The notes under the pieces: generated by a model
Database searches by the model: none
Seen by the model: the letters and a program-made list of their open reading frames with translations, nothing else
Told to the model about the DNA's origin: nothing
From: Crocinitomicaceae bacterium
GTDB taxonomy: Bacteria; Bacteroidota; Bacteroidia; Flavobacteriales_D; Crocinitomicaceae
DNA: 64,000 nt
Assembly (NCBI GenBank): GCA_040880585.1
Contig: JBBDID010000061.1
Coordinates: 95-64,094 of the forward strand
Reading direction: 5' to 3'
Made by a program: the position numbers and the translations under genes
Part shown: one piece after another, positions 17,813-26,842 of the stretch
Layout: every line of letters begins with the position of its first letter
Position numbering within the stretch: position 1 is the stretch's first letter

Positions 17813-20800
17813 TTAGAGTCTCACGCCAATCACACAGACGTCATCCACCTGTTCTAAAGATCCCATCCAATCAATGATGGTGTCAATGAGAATTTTCGAT
17901 TGTTCTTGCATGGGTTTACTGTGAATATCAAGCAATAGTTCCCGGAAGGCTGCATATTTAAATTTTTTACCTTTGGGTCCACCAAACTGATCGACGTAAC
18001 CATCTGTAAAAATATAGAATGTGTCTCCGGATTGATAAGGGATCAGCTGCTCTTTAAATTCTCTTTCAGCCACATACCTGCCTACAGGCATATTATCTGA
18101 GGGATAGATGATCAGCTGTCCGTCCCGTATAAGGTATAAGTCATTATTGGCTCCGGCATAGCGTAGTTCTTTTGTTTTTTTGTTCAACGAAAGTAACGCA
18201 ATATCCATTCCATCTTTTACTTCAGTTTCAGTAGTTTGAAAAGTTTCAATGACAAGTTCTCTAACTTTATTTAATATCGCTGCGGGTGATTTCAAATGGA
18301 ACTCTCTGACAGACCTATTTAAAGCATTATTACAAACAACACTCACCATAGCTCCGGGTACTCCGTGTCCTGTACAATCTGCAGCAGCCAGTAAAATGGT
18401 GTCTCCCGCCGCATCTATTTCTAACCAATAAAAATCACCTGCAACAATATCCTTGGGCTGGTAGATAAAAAAAGAGTCATTTAAATGGTGTTCTATAAGG
18501 TTTTTGGAAGGAAGAATAGCATTTTGTATGCGTTGTGCGTAGGTAATGGAGTCTGTAATCTCTTTGTTTTTTCTTTCTACCAGTTCTTTTTGTCGAACGA
18601 CTTCAGTTGTTCTAACAGAAACTATCGATTCCAATTGCCGCTTATTTTGAAGTAGTTTTTTTGTCCGTAAACGAATAAAGAATAAAATCAGGGCGATTCC
18701 TGCAACAATGTAGAGAGAATATGCCCACCAACTTGTCCACCAGGGAGGATGAATTGTTATCGGATAAGAACGAATATTACTCCATATTTTCGCATCACCA
18801 ATAGCCCGGACTTTGAATACATAATTCCCGCTGGGCATGTTGTTATATACAGCTCGGTTATCTTCTGTTATGGGTCTCCAGTCATCATCTAGTCCATCTA
18901 ATTTATATTGGTACTTTAGCTTATGAGGCGCTGACCAGTCTATTGCTGAAAAATAAAAAGTAAGATGATTGAGATAATAAGGCAATTCAAGTTGTTCAGG
19001 ACAATTTGTAAAAGGTGAAACCGCTGTGTATTTAACCGAATTAAGAGAGTTGTTTTTTTCTTCATCCAGATAAATTTCACTACCGTCTTCTATGGAGTCA
19101 CTTAATTTTCTGAAATCGATAAATGTTTGTTCTAACCGTACATCTGTAATTTGAATGCGTGGCGCTTTATTATTTTCACCATGTTTTTTGAGATCAAGCA
19201 TAGCTAAGGCCTTACCGGTTCCCCACCAAATTCGGTTTTGATCGTCCAGATAGGCTGCATTGGGATAGAAATCACTTCCTTTTAAGCCATCCATCTTGTC
19301 ATAGTGAGTGATGACAGTACCTGTGCTATCATCAAAAGACAGCTGGTTGAGTCCGCGTTCAGTTCCTAGCCAAATGTTATTGTTTTCATCTTCTATAATA
19401 GACCAGATGATATTGTGGCTGTTACTTCCCTCAAAACTGTATTGCAAAATAGTATCTCTGGTAATTTGATTCACGCCATAGCCCTCGGTTCCTGCCCAAA
19501 TAGATCCGTCAGAAGCTTCCATTAGTGAAATAACGGATTGGTCGCTCAAGCCTTCTCTTGTGGTAATATGTGTGATGTGCTGGCCGTCAAATTTTTCCAA
19601 CCCTCCATTTTTGGTTCCAAAATACAAAGTTCCTTTTCTGTCTTCAATAATGGCATGCACGGTATTATTTGATAATCCTTGTTCCTCAGTGAAATGGCTG
19701 AATGTATAACCGTCATATCTACTTAGCCCACCTAAAAATGTTCCAAACCAGATATCACCCCTGCTGTCTTCATACATAGAGAGTACCAGGTTCCCACTTA
19801 AGCCCTGTTCGGTAGTGTAATGGTAAAAATATTCACCGTCAAATTTAAAGACTCCCGCACCGTTGCTTGCTAGCCAAAAGTTGCCGTTTTGATCTATCAG
19901 CATAGATCGGATAATGTTCATGGGAAGCCCTTGTTCTGTTGTAAAGTGGAGATACTCTTTACCATCATATTTACTCAATCCACCATTTGATGCCAACCAA
20001 AGATTGCCGGTATTGTCTTGTGTGATGGAGCGAACAATACGGTGCGACAGCCCCTGTTCTTCGGTTAAATTTTCAAAAGATTTTTCATTGTAAATATTGG
20101 CTCCTGCTCCAAAAGTTCCAAACCAAATATTTCCGTCAGAATCCTCCAGAATCGACCAAATATTATCATTGCTCATTCCTTCAGAATGCGTAAAATGGCT
20201 AAATTCAAAACGATTAAACCGACTTGCTCCGCCCCCCTCTGTACCAAACCACATATTCCCTTTAGTGTCTTGCAAAATGGATCGAACAAAATTATGTGGC
20301 ATACCCATTTCTTTTTGATAAGTGATAAAAGAGTAACCATCATACATGCATACCCCGGAATCACTGGTGCCAATCCATATATTTTGTTCCGAATCTTCGT
20401 AAATTACTGTGGTGTTGTTAGAGATTAACCCTTCCTGAACCGTAAAATGGGTAAAGCCTTCACCATCAAATCGACTCACCCCGTGCCCCTCAACAGTGAC
20501 CCATATATTTCCGTCTTCGCTGGGATAAACACTTTTAACGTAATCACCACCAAGCCCCTGTTCTTTTCCATAAGTATAAAAATGTCTCCCATCAAATTTG
20601 CATAAACCTTTGTCTGTTGCTAACCAGATATTGCCTTCATTGTCCTCGCAAATATCAAAAATGAGATTTGAAGGTAAGCCTCCATCTTCATCAAAGTTAT
20701 AAAATGAATCCCCATTAAAAACCGATACGCCGGCACCATCTGACCCTAACCATATATTTCCTTTCTGATCTTCATAAATACACCAAATGTAATTTGAAAT

Positions 20801-21394
20801 GAGCCCTTTTTTATCATTAAATAAAATGAAAGACCTCCCGTTGAACATGGTAACGCCTGAGGTCCAGGTAGCAAACCAAAGGTTTCCGCGGCGATCTTCT
20901 ATCATGTCCATGATGTAGCTAGAGCTTAGACCCTGATCTACATCAATTCCCTGTAGATTGTATGCTGCTGCATCACTAAAATTAAATTTTGAGGCAGAAA
21001 TGGGTTGATTATACCCTCCTTTTGAGAGTTCAGGAATGGCTTTTTGAACTTTTGGATTTTTAATAGAATCACGTCCAATAGAGAAATGTGGGAGTTGGGT
21101 GGACAATAATTTTAGTCGGGGCTGATCTAAAGGGACTATATTTTTATTTGCAGCTTGGTGAAATGGCGCACTTGCTTTAATGATTACAGGTGGAGCCAGT
21201 GAATCAGGGTTTAAAACAAGCGGTGTTATTTTTAATGGTTTTCCACTAATTAATTCATCTTCTTCTTGATTTTCAGTTTCAGATTTACTACTCTCAACAT
21301 TAACATCTTTTGGTTTTACTTTTTCATTGCATCCAATTAACACAACCAGAGGCACTAGTAAAAGCAGAGGGAAAAATGTAAGCTGTTTAAACAT
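17813..21394 (-). CDS. Lipoprotein-anchored beta-propeller (two-component-regulator propeller/Y_Y_Y type) sensor - TM - PP2C/SpoIIE phosphatase
   Basis: 1193 aa with a lipobox (VVLIGC). About 42-residue blades repeat (G..W.GT..GG...F.G..F..FT...GL). A Y_Y_Y-like Ig region (YQYKLDG...WRP) and one TM (WWAYSLYIVAGIALILFFI) follow. The C-terminus has GDFYW...DCTGHGVPGA...FTDGY.DQ motifs. Confidence 0.8.
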   Translation of the reverse strand: MFKQLTFFPLLLLVPLVVLIGCNEKVKPKDVNVESSKSETENQEEDELISGKPLKITPLVLNPDSLAPPVIIKASAPFHQAANKNIVPLDQPRLKLLSTQLPHFSIGRDSIKNPKVQKAIPELSKGGYNQPISASKFNFSDAAAYNLQGIDVDQGLSSSYIMDMIEDRRGNLWFATWTSGVTMFNGRSFILFNDKKGLISNYIWCIYEDQKGNIWLGSDGAGVSVFNGDSFYNFDEDGGLPSNLIFDICEDNEGNIWLATDKGLCKFDGRHFYTYGKEQGLGGDYVKSVYPSEDGNIWVTVEGHGVSRFDGEGFTHFTVQEGLISNNTTVIYEDSEQNIWIGTSDSGVCMYDGYSFITYQKEMGMPHNFVRSILQDTKGNMWFGTEGGGASRFNRFEFSHFTHSEGMSNDNIWSILEDSDGNIWFGTFGAGANIYNEKSFENLTEEQGLSHRIVRSITQDNTGNLWLASNGGLSKYDGKEYLHFTTEQGLPMNIIRSMLIDQNGNFWLASNGAGVFKFDGEYFYHYTTEQGLSGNLVLSMYEDSRGDIWFGTFLGGLSRYDGYTFSHFTEEQGLSNNTVHAIIEDRKGTLYFGTKNGGLEKFDGQHITHITTREGLSDQSVISLMEASDGSIWAGTEGYGVNQITRDTILQYSFEGSNSHNIIWSIIEDENNNIWLGTERGLNQLSFDDSTGTVITHYDKMDGLKGSDFYPNAAYLDDQNRIWWGTGKALAMLDLKKHGENNKAPRIQITDVRLEQTFIDFRKLSDSIEDGSEIYLDEEKNNSLNSVKYTAVSPFTNCPEQLELPYYLNHLTFYFSAIDWSAPHKLKYQYKLDGLDDDWRPITEDNRAVYNNMPSGNYVFKVRAIGDAKIWSNIRSYPITIHPPWWTSWWAYSLYIVAGIALILFFIRLRTKKLLQNKRQLESIVSVRTTEVVRQKELVERKNKEITDSITYAQRIQNAILPSKNLIEHHLNDSFFIYQPKDIVAGDFYWLEIDAAGDTILLAAADCTGHGVPGAMVSVVCNNALNRSVREFHLKSPAAILNKVRELVIETFQTTETEVKDGMDIALLSLNKKTKELRYAGANNDLYLIRDGQLIIYPSDNMPVGRYVAEREFKEQLIPYQSGDTFYIFTDGYVDQFGGPKGKKFKYAAFRELLLDIHSKPMQEQSKILIDTIIDWMGSLEQVDDVCVIGVRL

Positions 21395-21529
21395 CTGTTT
21401 ATAAATAGAAAATCAGAATTTCTCCGAAATGTACAGAAAAACATGCTGAAATCATTGTTTTAACAGCAATTCAAATCAAAATGTTAATATAAATAGCAGG
21501 TTATTTTTTTATCCTTTAGATTTAGGACT

Positions 21530-21537
21530 TACTTTTG
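21530..21537 (+). promoter_or_regulatory. Putative -7 box (TACTTTTG) immediately upstream of pcm
   Basis: Matches TAnnTTTG and ends 8 nt before the GTG start, which implies a leaderless or near-leaderless mRNA. Confidence 0.3.
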
Positions 21538-21545
21538 TCCCCACT

Positions 21546-22190
21546 GTGATAGACGATTTTAGACATAAAGGATTAAGAAAAAGATTAGTAGATAAAATTG
21601 CTCAAAAAGGGGTAGATGATCCTGCCGTTTTAGATGCCTTAATGGCAGTTCCCCGGCATTTATTTTTAGATGGAGCATTCACCAAACAAGCGTATGATGA
21701 TCATGCTTTTCAGATAGGAGCAGGACAAACCATATCTCAACCCTATACGGTGGCATTTCAAACACAGTTACTGGATATTCAAAAAGGAGATAAGGTGCTT
21801 GAAATCGGTACGGGATCGGGATACCAAACTTCAGTTTTATGTGAGTTAAAAGCAAAAGTGTACTCCATTGAACGTCAAAAGGAACTGTTTTTAAAAGCCA
21901 AGCAATTGTTGCCCAAATTGGGCTATAGTCCAAAGTTAAAGTATGGAGATGGATTTAATGGATGGCCGGTGTATGCTCCTTTTGATAAAATATTAATTAC
22001 CTGTGGCGCACCGTTTATACCGGATGCGCTAGTTGAACAGCTAAAAACAGGGGGTAAGATGGTCATTCCTTTGGGAGAAGGAGATGTACAGGAGATGATG
22101 CTTGTGACAAAAGCTGCAGATGGAGCAATCAGCCAGCGATCTTATGGAAAATTTAAATTTGTTCCCATGCTAAAGGATACAGAAAGATAG
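21546..22190 (+). CDS. pcm: Protein-L-isoaspartate O-methyltransferase
   Basis: 214 aa with ISQPYTVA and VLEIGTGSGYQT SAM-binding motifs. GTG start. Confidence 0.9.
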   Translation: MIDDFRHKGLRKRLVDKIAQKGVDDPAVLDALMAVPRHLFLDGAFTKQAYDDHAFQIGAGQTISQPYTVAFQTQLLDIQKGDKVLEIGTGSGYQTSVLCELKAKVYSIERQKELFLKAKQLLPKLGYSPKLKYGDGFNGWPVYAPFDKILITCGAPFIPDALVEQLKTGGKMVIPLGEGDVQEMMLVTKAADGAISQRSYGKFKFVPMLKDTER

Positions 22191-22241
22191 CTTAATTTTA
22201 CCTGAATTAAAATAATAATTATTCATTCACCATTTTATCTA

Positions 22242-22790
22242 ATGAGAACAGCTGTTTTTGCAATAACCGGTCTATTTTTTCTGATGACTGCTTGTCAGGA
22301 AATCAATGCTCCTTCTTCTGAAAATGAAGATTCAGAAATTATTACCTCAATTGATTCGGGTAGTATTTTGATCAATGAGATCAGTGCCATGTCCGAATTG
22401 GAGAATGAATTTGGAGAAGCTGCTGACTGGCTTGAGCTGTACAATGCATCAGATAAACGGGTAGAGTTGAAATTCGGCAGCTGGTCGATTTCGGATAAAC
22501 TGTCAAATCCGGATAAATATTATTTACCTGAGGCATTGATTGAGCCCAAGGGATATTTGTTGATCTGGTGTGATAAAGCAGATACTTTGACCAAGGATAT
22601 TCACACGAATTTCAAATTGTCTGCGAAAGGAGAAACGATTAGCCTGTATTATAATGGAAACCTGATGGATCAATACACTTATGATTCGGTAAGAACAGAG
22701 CAAATGTATTGGGCAAGGGTAGAGGATGGCGACCCAAGGTGGAAAGCAGTTGATTTTGCTACGCCGGCTAAAAGCAATGTTAATTTTTGA
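22242..22790 (+). CDS. Lamin-tail-domain (LTD) lipoprotein
   Basis: 182 aa with a lipobox (LMTAC) and an ILINEISA...ADWLELYN pattern typical of LTD. Confidence 0.6.
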   Translation: MRTAVFAITGLFFLMTACQEINAPSSENEDSEIITSIDSGSILINEISAMSELENEFGEAADWLELYNASDKRVELKFGSWSISDKLSNPDKYYLPEALIEPKGYLLIWCDKADTLTKDIHTNFKLSAKGETISLYYNGNLMDQYTYDSVRTEQMYWARVEDGDPRWKAVDFATPAKSNVNF

Positions 22791-23547
22791 GGATAATCGA
22801 AAATCTCGGGTTAGATCGGCTTCTAATTTCCAGGCACCTGGGAGCAAAACTCAGTGTCGGGCGATCAATATAAAGGGTTTCAAGATACCACAGAGCACAA
22901 ATATCCTGATCTATTTTTAATTCAGGTCCGCTTTGAGATAAATCTAATATGTTGAGTTTCCTTAGGGTGTAAAAAGAAGAAGGCAACTCTTTAAGTTGGT
23001 TCCTGCCAATCACCAAATGAACAAGTGCTTGTAGATTTCCAATGCTATCAGGCAATGCTTTAAGGTCATTAAATTCCAGGTACAAATGAGAGAGCTTGGG
23101 TAAGTTACAGATCTCATCCGGCAGCTTTTCCAAATGGTTAAAGCTCAGCCAGAGTTCTTCCAGGTTTTTAAGTTGCCCAATTTCGGGAGGAATAGTATGC
23201 AACTCATTGGCCCGTAAGGATAATTTTCTGAGTGATGTCAATTGACCAATTTCCGGAGGCAGATACAGCAGATTATTTTTACTCAGGATCAAACGTTCTA
23301 AATTGACCAATCGTCCAATTTCAGGGGGGATACTGTCTAATTTATTATTTCGGAGGTTGAGTTCCTTGAGTTCTTTCAGTTGAAACACATAGGGTGGAAT
23401 CTCAGTCAAATATTGTCGACTAAGATTGAGTCGGGGTTCACCAAAATTAAAATAGTTACTTCTGCCGCTTTTACTGTTCTTACATTGAATAAAAGATAAG
23501 GAAATCAATAGTATTATAATGATATCTAATCGCCTTATTGGTTTCAA
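22780..23547 (-). CDS. LRR lipoprotein (about 7 repeats of 23 residues)
   Basis: 255 aa with a signal peptide/lipobox (SFIQC). LxxLxLxxNxLxxIPPEIGxL repeats. It lies 9 nt downstream of the tricorn-like protease gene on the same strand. Confidence 0.85.
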   Translation of the reverse strand: MKPIRRLDIIIILLISLSFIQCKNSKSGRSNYFNFGEPRLNLSRQYLTEIPPYVFQLKELKELNLRNNKLDSIPPEIGRLVNLERLILSKNNLLYLPPEIGQLTSLRKLSLRANELHTIPPEIGQLKNLEELWLSFNHLEKLPDEICNLPKLSHLYLEFNDLKALPDSIGNLQALVHLVIGRNQLKELPSSFYTLRKLNILDLSQSGPELKIDQDICALWYLETLYIDRPTLSFAPRCLEIRSRSNPRFSIILKN

Positions 23548-23555
23548 ACTGTATG

Positions 23556-26500
23556 TTATTTTAACATTTCCTCAATGGCTGTGCTAAGTTGTTGGTCTAT
23601 TCCCCGGGTAAATTTCTCATATTCATTATTCACTTCTATATCCGGTATCAAATCACGATTTTCTACTAAAAACCCTTCAGAAACGGATCGCATTCCGACT
23701 TGCGGAATACCAAACACCGTTTTTCCGTCAACCATTCGCTCCCACCAAACGGCGGTGCCGGTACCGGGAACAGGCATCCCGATCAATTTTCCAATCCCCA
23801 GTGCTTTGTAAGCGTAAGGGAATAAGTGTGCATCCGAATAATTTCCTTCTGACATCAGAACACAAGAAGGTTTTTGCCATTTAAAAATAGGTTCCCCACC
23901 CATGTTTTTTTGTCCCCTGGGTTCAAAACTCATGTATAATTTCCCGCTCAAAAAGGTCGCCAAATCATCATGCAACCAGCCTCCGCCATTAAATCGCGTA
24001 TCAATTATGAGTGCTTGTTTTTTGTTGAGTTTCCCCAGGGCTTTATCAAAAAGAGTACGAAAACTTGCCGAATTCATCCCTTTTATGTGCACATAGCCCA
24101 ATTTTCCTTCTGATTTTTCTTCTGTGGTTTGCTCACAAATCCTTACCCATCTTTCATACAGCAATTCCATTTCTTCTCTTTGAGATATGGGCTTTATGAT
24201 TTCATCCCAACGCTCTTTAGAGCTAGGGTCATAGAGAGACAACAACACCTTTTCTCCGGATTTTCGATTGAGTAGCGGATAGTGATTCATTCCTTTAGTG
24301 ATAGAAAGGCCGTCAATTTTTTCAATGATGGTTCCGGCTTTAATTTTCCCGGATGACATCTTTAACGGACTTTTATCCATGACCTCGATAATCTTGAGGC
24401 CATCTTCATTATAGTTCTCGTCATAAAAACACCCGAGCATAGCTGTTTGGTCACCATTTGGATCATATTCCCCATAGCGTGCTCCGGTATGAGAAGCATT
24501 GATTTCTCCCAACAACTCACTTAACATTTCAGCAAAATCAAAACCGTTATTGATGTGGGGTAGAAATTTGGCATACTCTTCTTTATACATATTCCAGTCT
24601 ACACCATGTAAATCTTTCACATAGAACTTTTCTCGCACCTGTCTCCAGGCATGGTGAAACATATACGCCCGCTCTTCGGATTTATTCAAGGTCATTTCGG
24701 CATCAAAAGAAATGCTTTCCGGTTTCCCTGCATCTACATCCAGTTTCATGAGGGTTCCACGCTTATTCAGGAAAATATGTTTCTCCTCCTTATCAAAAAT
24801 TAAGTTTGAGCCTCCGGCATTTAAGTTGGCCAATAATTTGGTCTCATTTTCTTTAAATTTCGTCCGCCAAAGATTATAGCCTTTTTCAAACCGAGCTAAA
24901 TAATACAGTTCTGTCCCTTCATTATTAACTAAAAAATCAGCAAGAAAAGAAGAGTGTATGGTAAGTCGAACTCTTCTGTCATCCAATCCCTCTGATTCAA
25001 TGGTTAAAGGTTTAACGGGTTTATCATCTTTCTTCTCATCTTTTTCTTTTTCCGTTTCCTTTTCTGAGTCATCTTCTTTTTTCTTTTCTTTTTGTTCTTC
25101 TTTCCACAATTCAAACTCTTCTTCGGTCAGATTAAATTTTTGAAAAGCTTCTTCAGTAAGAAAAATGGCTTCAACATCTGATTCTGCACCCCAACTACCG
25201 TGCGATCGATACCCAAACTTAGCAGTGGTATAATAGATCATCTGGCCGTCCATAGCAAACTTAGGTGAACCGTTGGCATATCCGCTTTGGGTTAAGTTGA
25301 TAGGAGCTTCTTTTCCGCTGGCATTTACCAGACCAACATCAGAAGTCCACCTTTCATACTCAAAAAATTGTACCACCAGCCATTTTGAATCGGGAGACCA
25401 GGTGTAGTATTGATCACCATCAGAATAGGAATAATTGTATGCTGCGGGAAGAACGGTTCTAATTTTCTTACTGTCCAGATTAAGTACCCTAAGTGTAGTC
25501 CTGTTTTCTAAAAATGCAACTTCTTTTCCATCCGGTGAGTATAGTGGTTGAAATGTTTCTTCGCCGTTATTGACGAGTTCTTCTTCTTTTAAGAGTGTAC
25601 TATTGAAGAAGTATTTTTCGCTTTCTCGTGCATGAACCGTACGGTAAATGTTCCAACTTTGATTTCTCTCAGCGGCGTAAAGGATCGCCTCACCATCCGG
25701 ACTAAAACTGACTGATCTTTCTTGCTCTGCCGTATGTGTAATTCGTTTGGTACTGGAATAATCGATTGCCGTGACAAAAACCTCTCCCCGGTAAATGAAA
25801 GCAATTTCTTTATTGTTAGGAGATACAGCAAATTCACCTGCACGATTTACTTTTTTTAGAACCGTTTCATTGTTGACGCGATCTTTATTGATAGTAATAG
25901 ATACTTTTTCAGCAGTTCCGTTTTTCAACAGGTAGATTTCTCCGTCGTATCCGTAACAGACATCACCATTATCTGATCGGCTTAAAAAACGAACCGGATG
26001 TTTTTCGTGAGTGGTGAGTTGTTCGCCATAGGGATTGGAAAAAGTTCCTTTCCAAACATTGAATGAGCCTGATTTTTCACTTAAAAAGAGAAATGAGCCG
26101 TCTTTTTCCCAGATGGGGTTTCTATCTTCACCCTTCCAGTTGGTGATATTTTTATAGGTTTCGTTTTCCAGGTCATGTAAAACAATATCCCGGGTGATAG
26201 AGGAGGAGTGGTGTTTTCTCCAGGGATCTTCATATCCCTTTTTATTGTGAAATAAAATTTGCGTTCCGGCTGCATTAAACTGAATATCTTCTGCTGCTAT
26301 TGTGAGAAATTGGGTTTCTTTTCCTCCTTTAGTGCTTACTTCATAAACTTCCGGTAATCGCGAATTGGGAAACTGAACGGATTGTACATCATCCCGGCGC
26401 AATGATCCGAAAACAACACTTTTTCCATCTTTCTTGAAAGTATAAGGATGATCATTTGCAGAGTGATAAGTTAATCGGCTAGGCGCTCCTCCCTCAGCAT

Positions 26501-26771
26501 CAGCCAAAAACACATCAAAATTTCCGTGGCGGTTTGAGGCAAAAGCAATTTGCTTACTGTCCGGTGACCAAACAGGCATGTAATCATGAGACGGATGAGC
26601 AGTCAGCTGATTTGCTATTCCACCACTTGAAGGCACCGTAAAAATATCGCCCTGATAAGAAAATGCGATTGTCTTCCCATCCGGTGAAATTGCCGGATAA
26701 CGCATCCATAACGGTTGTGAAAAAGCTAAAAATTGAGTAAAAAAGAAAATGATTGCCGCTATTTTTTTCAT
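23556..26771 (-). CDS. Tricorn-like protease homologue (PD40/TolB-type propellers + PDZ + S41 peptidase)
   Basis: 1071 aa with repeated P.WSPDGK PD40 motifs and a C-terminal LIIDTRFNGGG S41-type motif. The length and domain order match tricorn protease homologues. Confidence 0.8.
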   Translation of the reverse strand: MKKIAAIIFFFTQFLAFSQPLWMRYPAISPDGKTIAFSYQGDIFTVPSSGGIANQLTAHPSHDYMPVWSPDSKQIAFASNRHGNFDVFLADAEGGAPSRLTYHSANDHPYTFKKDGKSVVFGSLRRDDVQSVQFPNSRLPEVYEVSTKGGKETQFLTIAAEDIQFNAAGTQILFHNKKGYEDPWRKHHSSSITRDIVLHDLENETYKNITNWKGEDRNPIWEKDGSFLFLSEKSGSFNVWKGTFSNPYGEQLTTHEKHPVRFLSRSDNGDVCYGYDGEIYLLKNGTAEKVSITINKDRVNNETVLKKVNRAGEFAVSPNNKEIAFIYRGEVFVTAIDYSSTKRITHTAEQERSVSFSPDGEAILYAAERNQSWNIYRTVHARESEKYFFNSTLLKEEELVNNGEETFQPLYSPDGKEVAFLENRTTLRVLNLDSKKIRTVLPAAYNYSYSDGDQYYTWSPDSKWLVVQFFEYERWTSDVGLVNASGKEAPINLTQSGYANGSPKFAMDGQMIYYTTAKFGYRSHGSWGAESDVEAIFLTEEAFQKFNLTEEEFELWKEEQKEKKKEDDSEKETEKEKDEKKDDKPVKPLTIESEGLDDRRVRLTIHSSFLADFLVNNEGTELYYLARFEKGYNLWRTKFKENETKLLANLNAGGSNLIFDKEEKHIFLNKRGTLMKLDVDAGKPESISFDAEMTLNKSEERAYMFHHAWRQVREKFYVKDLHGVDWNMYKEEYAKFLPHINNGFDFAEMLSELLGEINASHTGARYGEYDPNGDQTAMLGCFYDENYNEDGLKIIEVMDKSPLKMSSGKIKAGTIIEKIDGLSITKGMNHYPLLNRKSGEKVLLSLYDPSSKERWDEIIKPISQREEMELLYERWVRICEQTTEEKSEGKLGYVHIKGMNSASFRTLFDKALGKLNKKQALIIDTRFNGGGWLHDDLATFLSGKLYMSFEPRGQKNMGGEPIFKWQKPSCVLMSEGNYSDAHLFPYAYKALGIGKLIGMPVPGTGTAVWWERMVDGKTVFGIPQVGMRSVSEGFLVENRDLIPDIEVNNEYEKFTRGIDQQLSTAIEEMLK

Positions 26772-26777
26772 TCGTCC

Positions 26778-26785
26778 TATGTTTG
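26778..26785 (+). promoter_or_regulatory. Putative -7 box (TATGTTTG) for the GT2 gene
   Basis: Matches TAnnTTTG in the 71-nt divergent intergenic region. Confidence 0.35.
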
Positions 26786-26788
26786 TAT

Positions 26789-26796
26789 CAAAAGTA
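26789..26796 (-). promoter_or_regulatory. Putative -7 box (TACTTTTG on minus strand) for the tricorn-like protease gene
   Basis: Matches TAnnTTTG 17 nt upstream of the ATG at 26771. Confidence 0.35.
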
Positions 26797-26842
26797 ATAA
26801 AAGAAACTTTATATCGCTCCTGCTATAGAAATATCGATTTTA

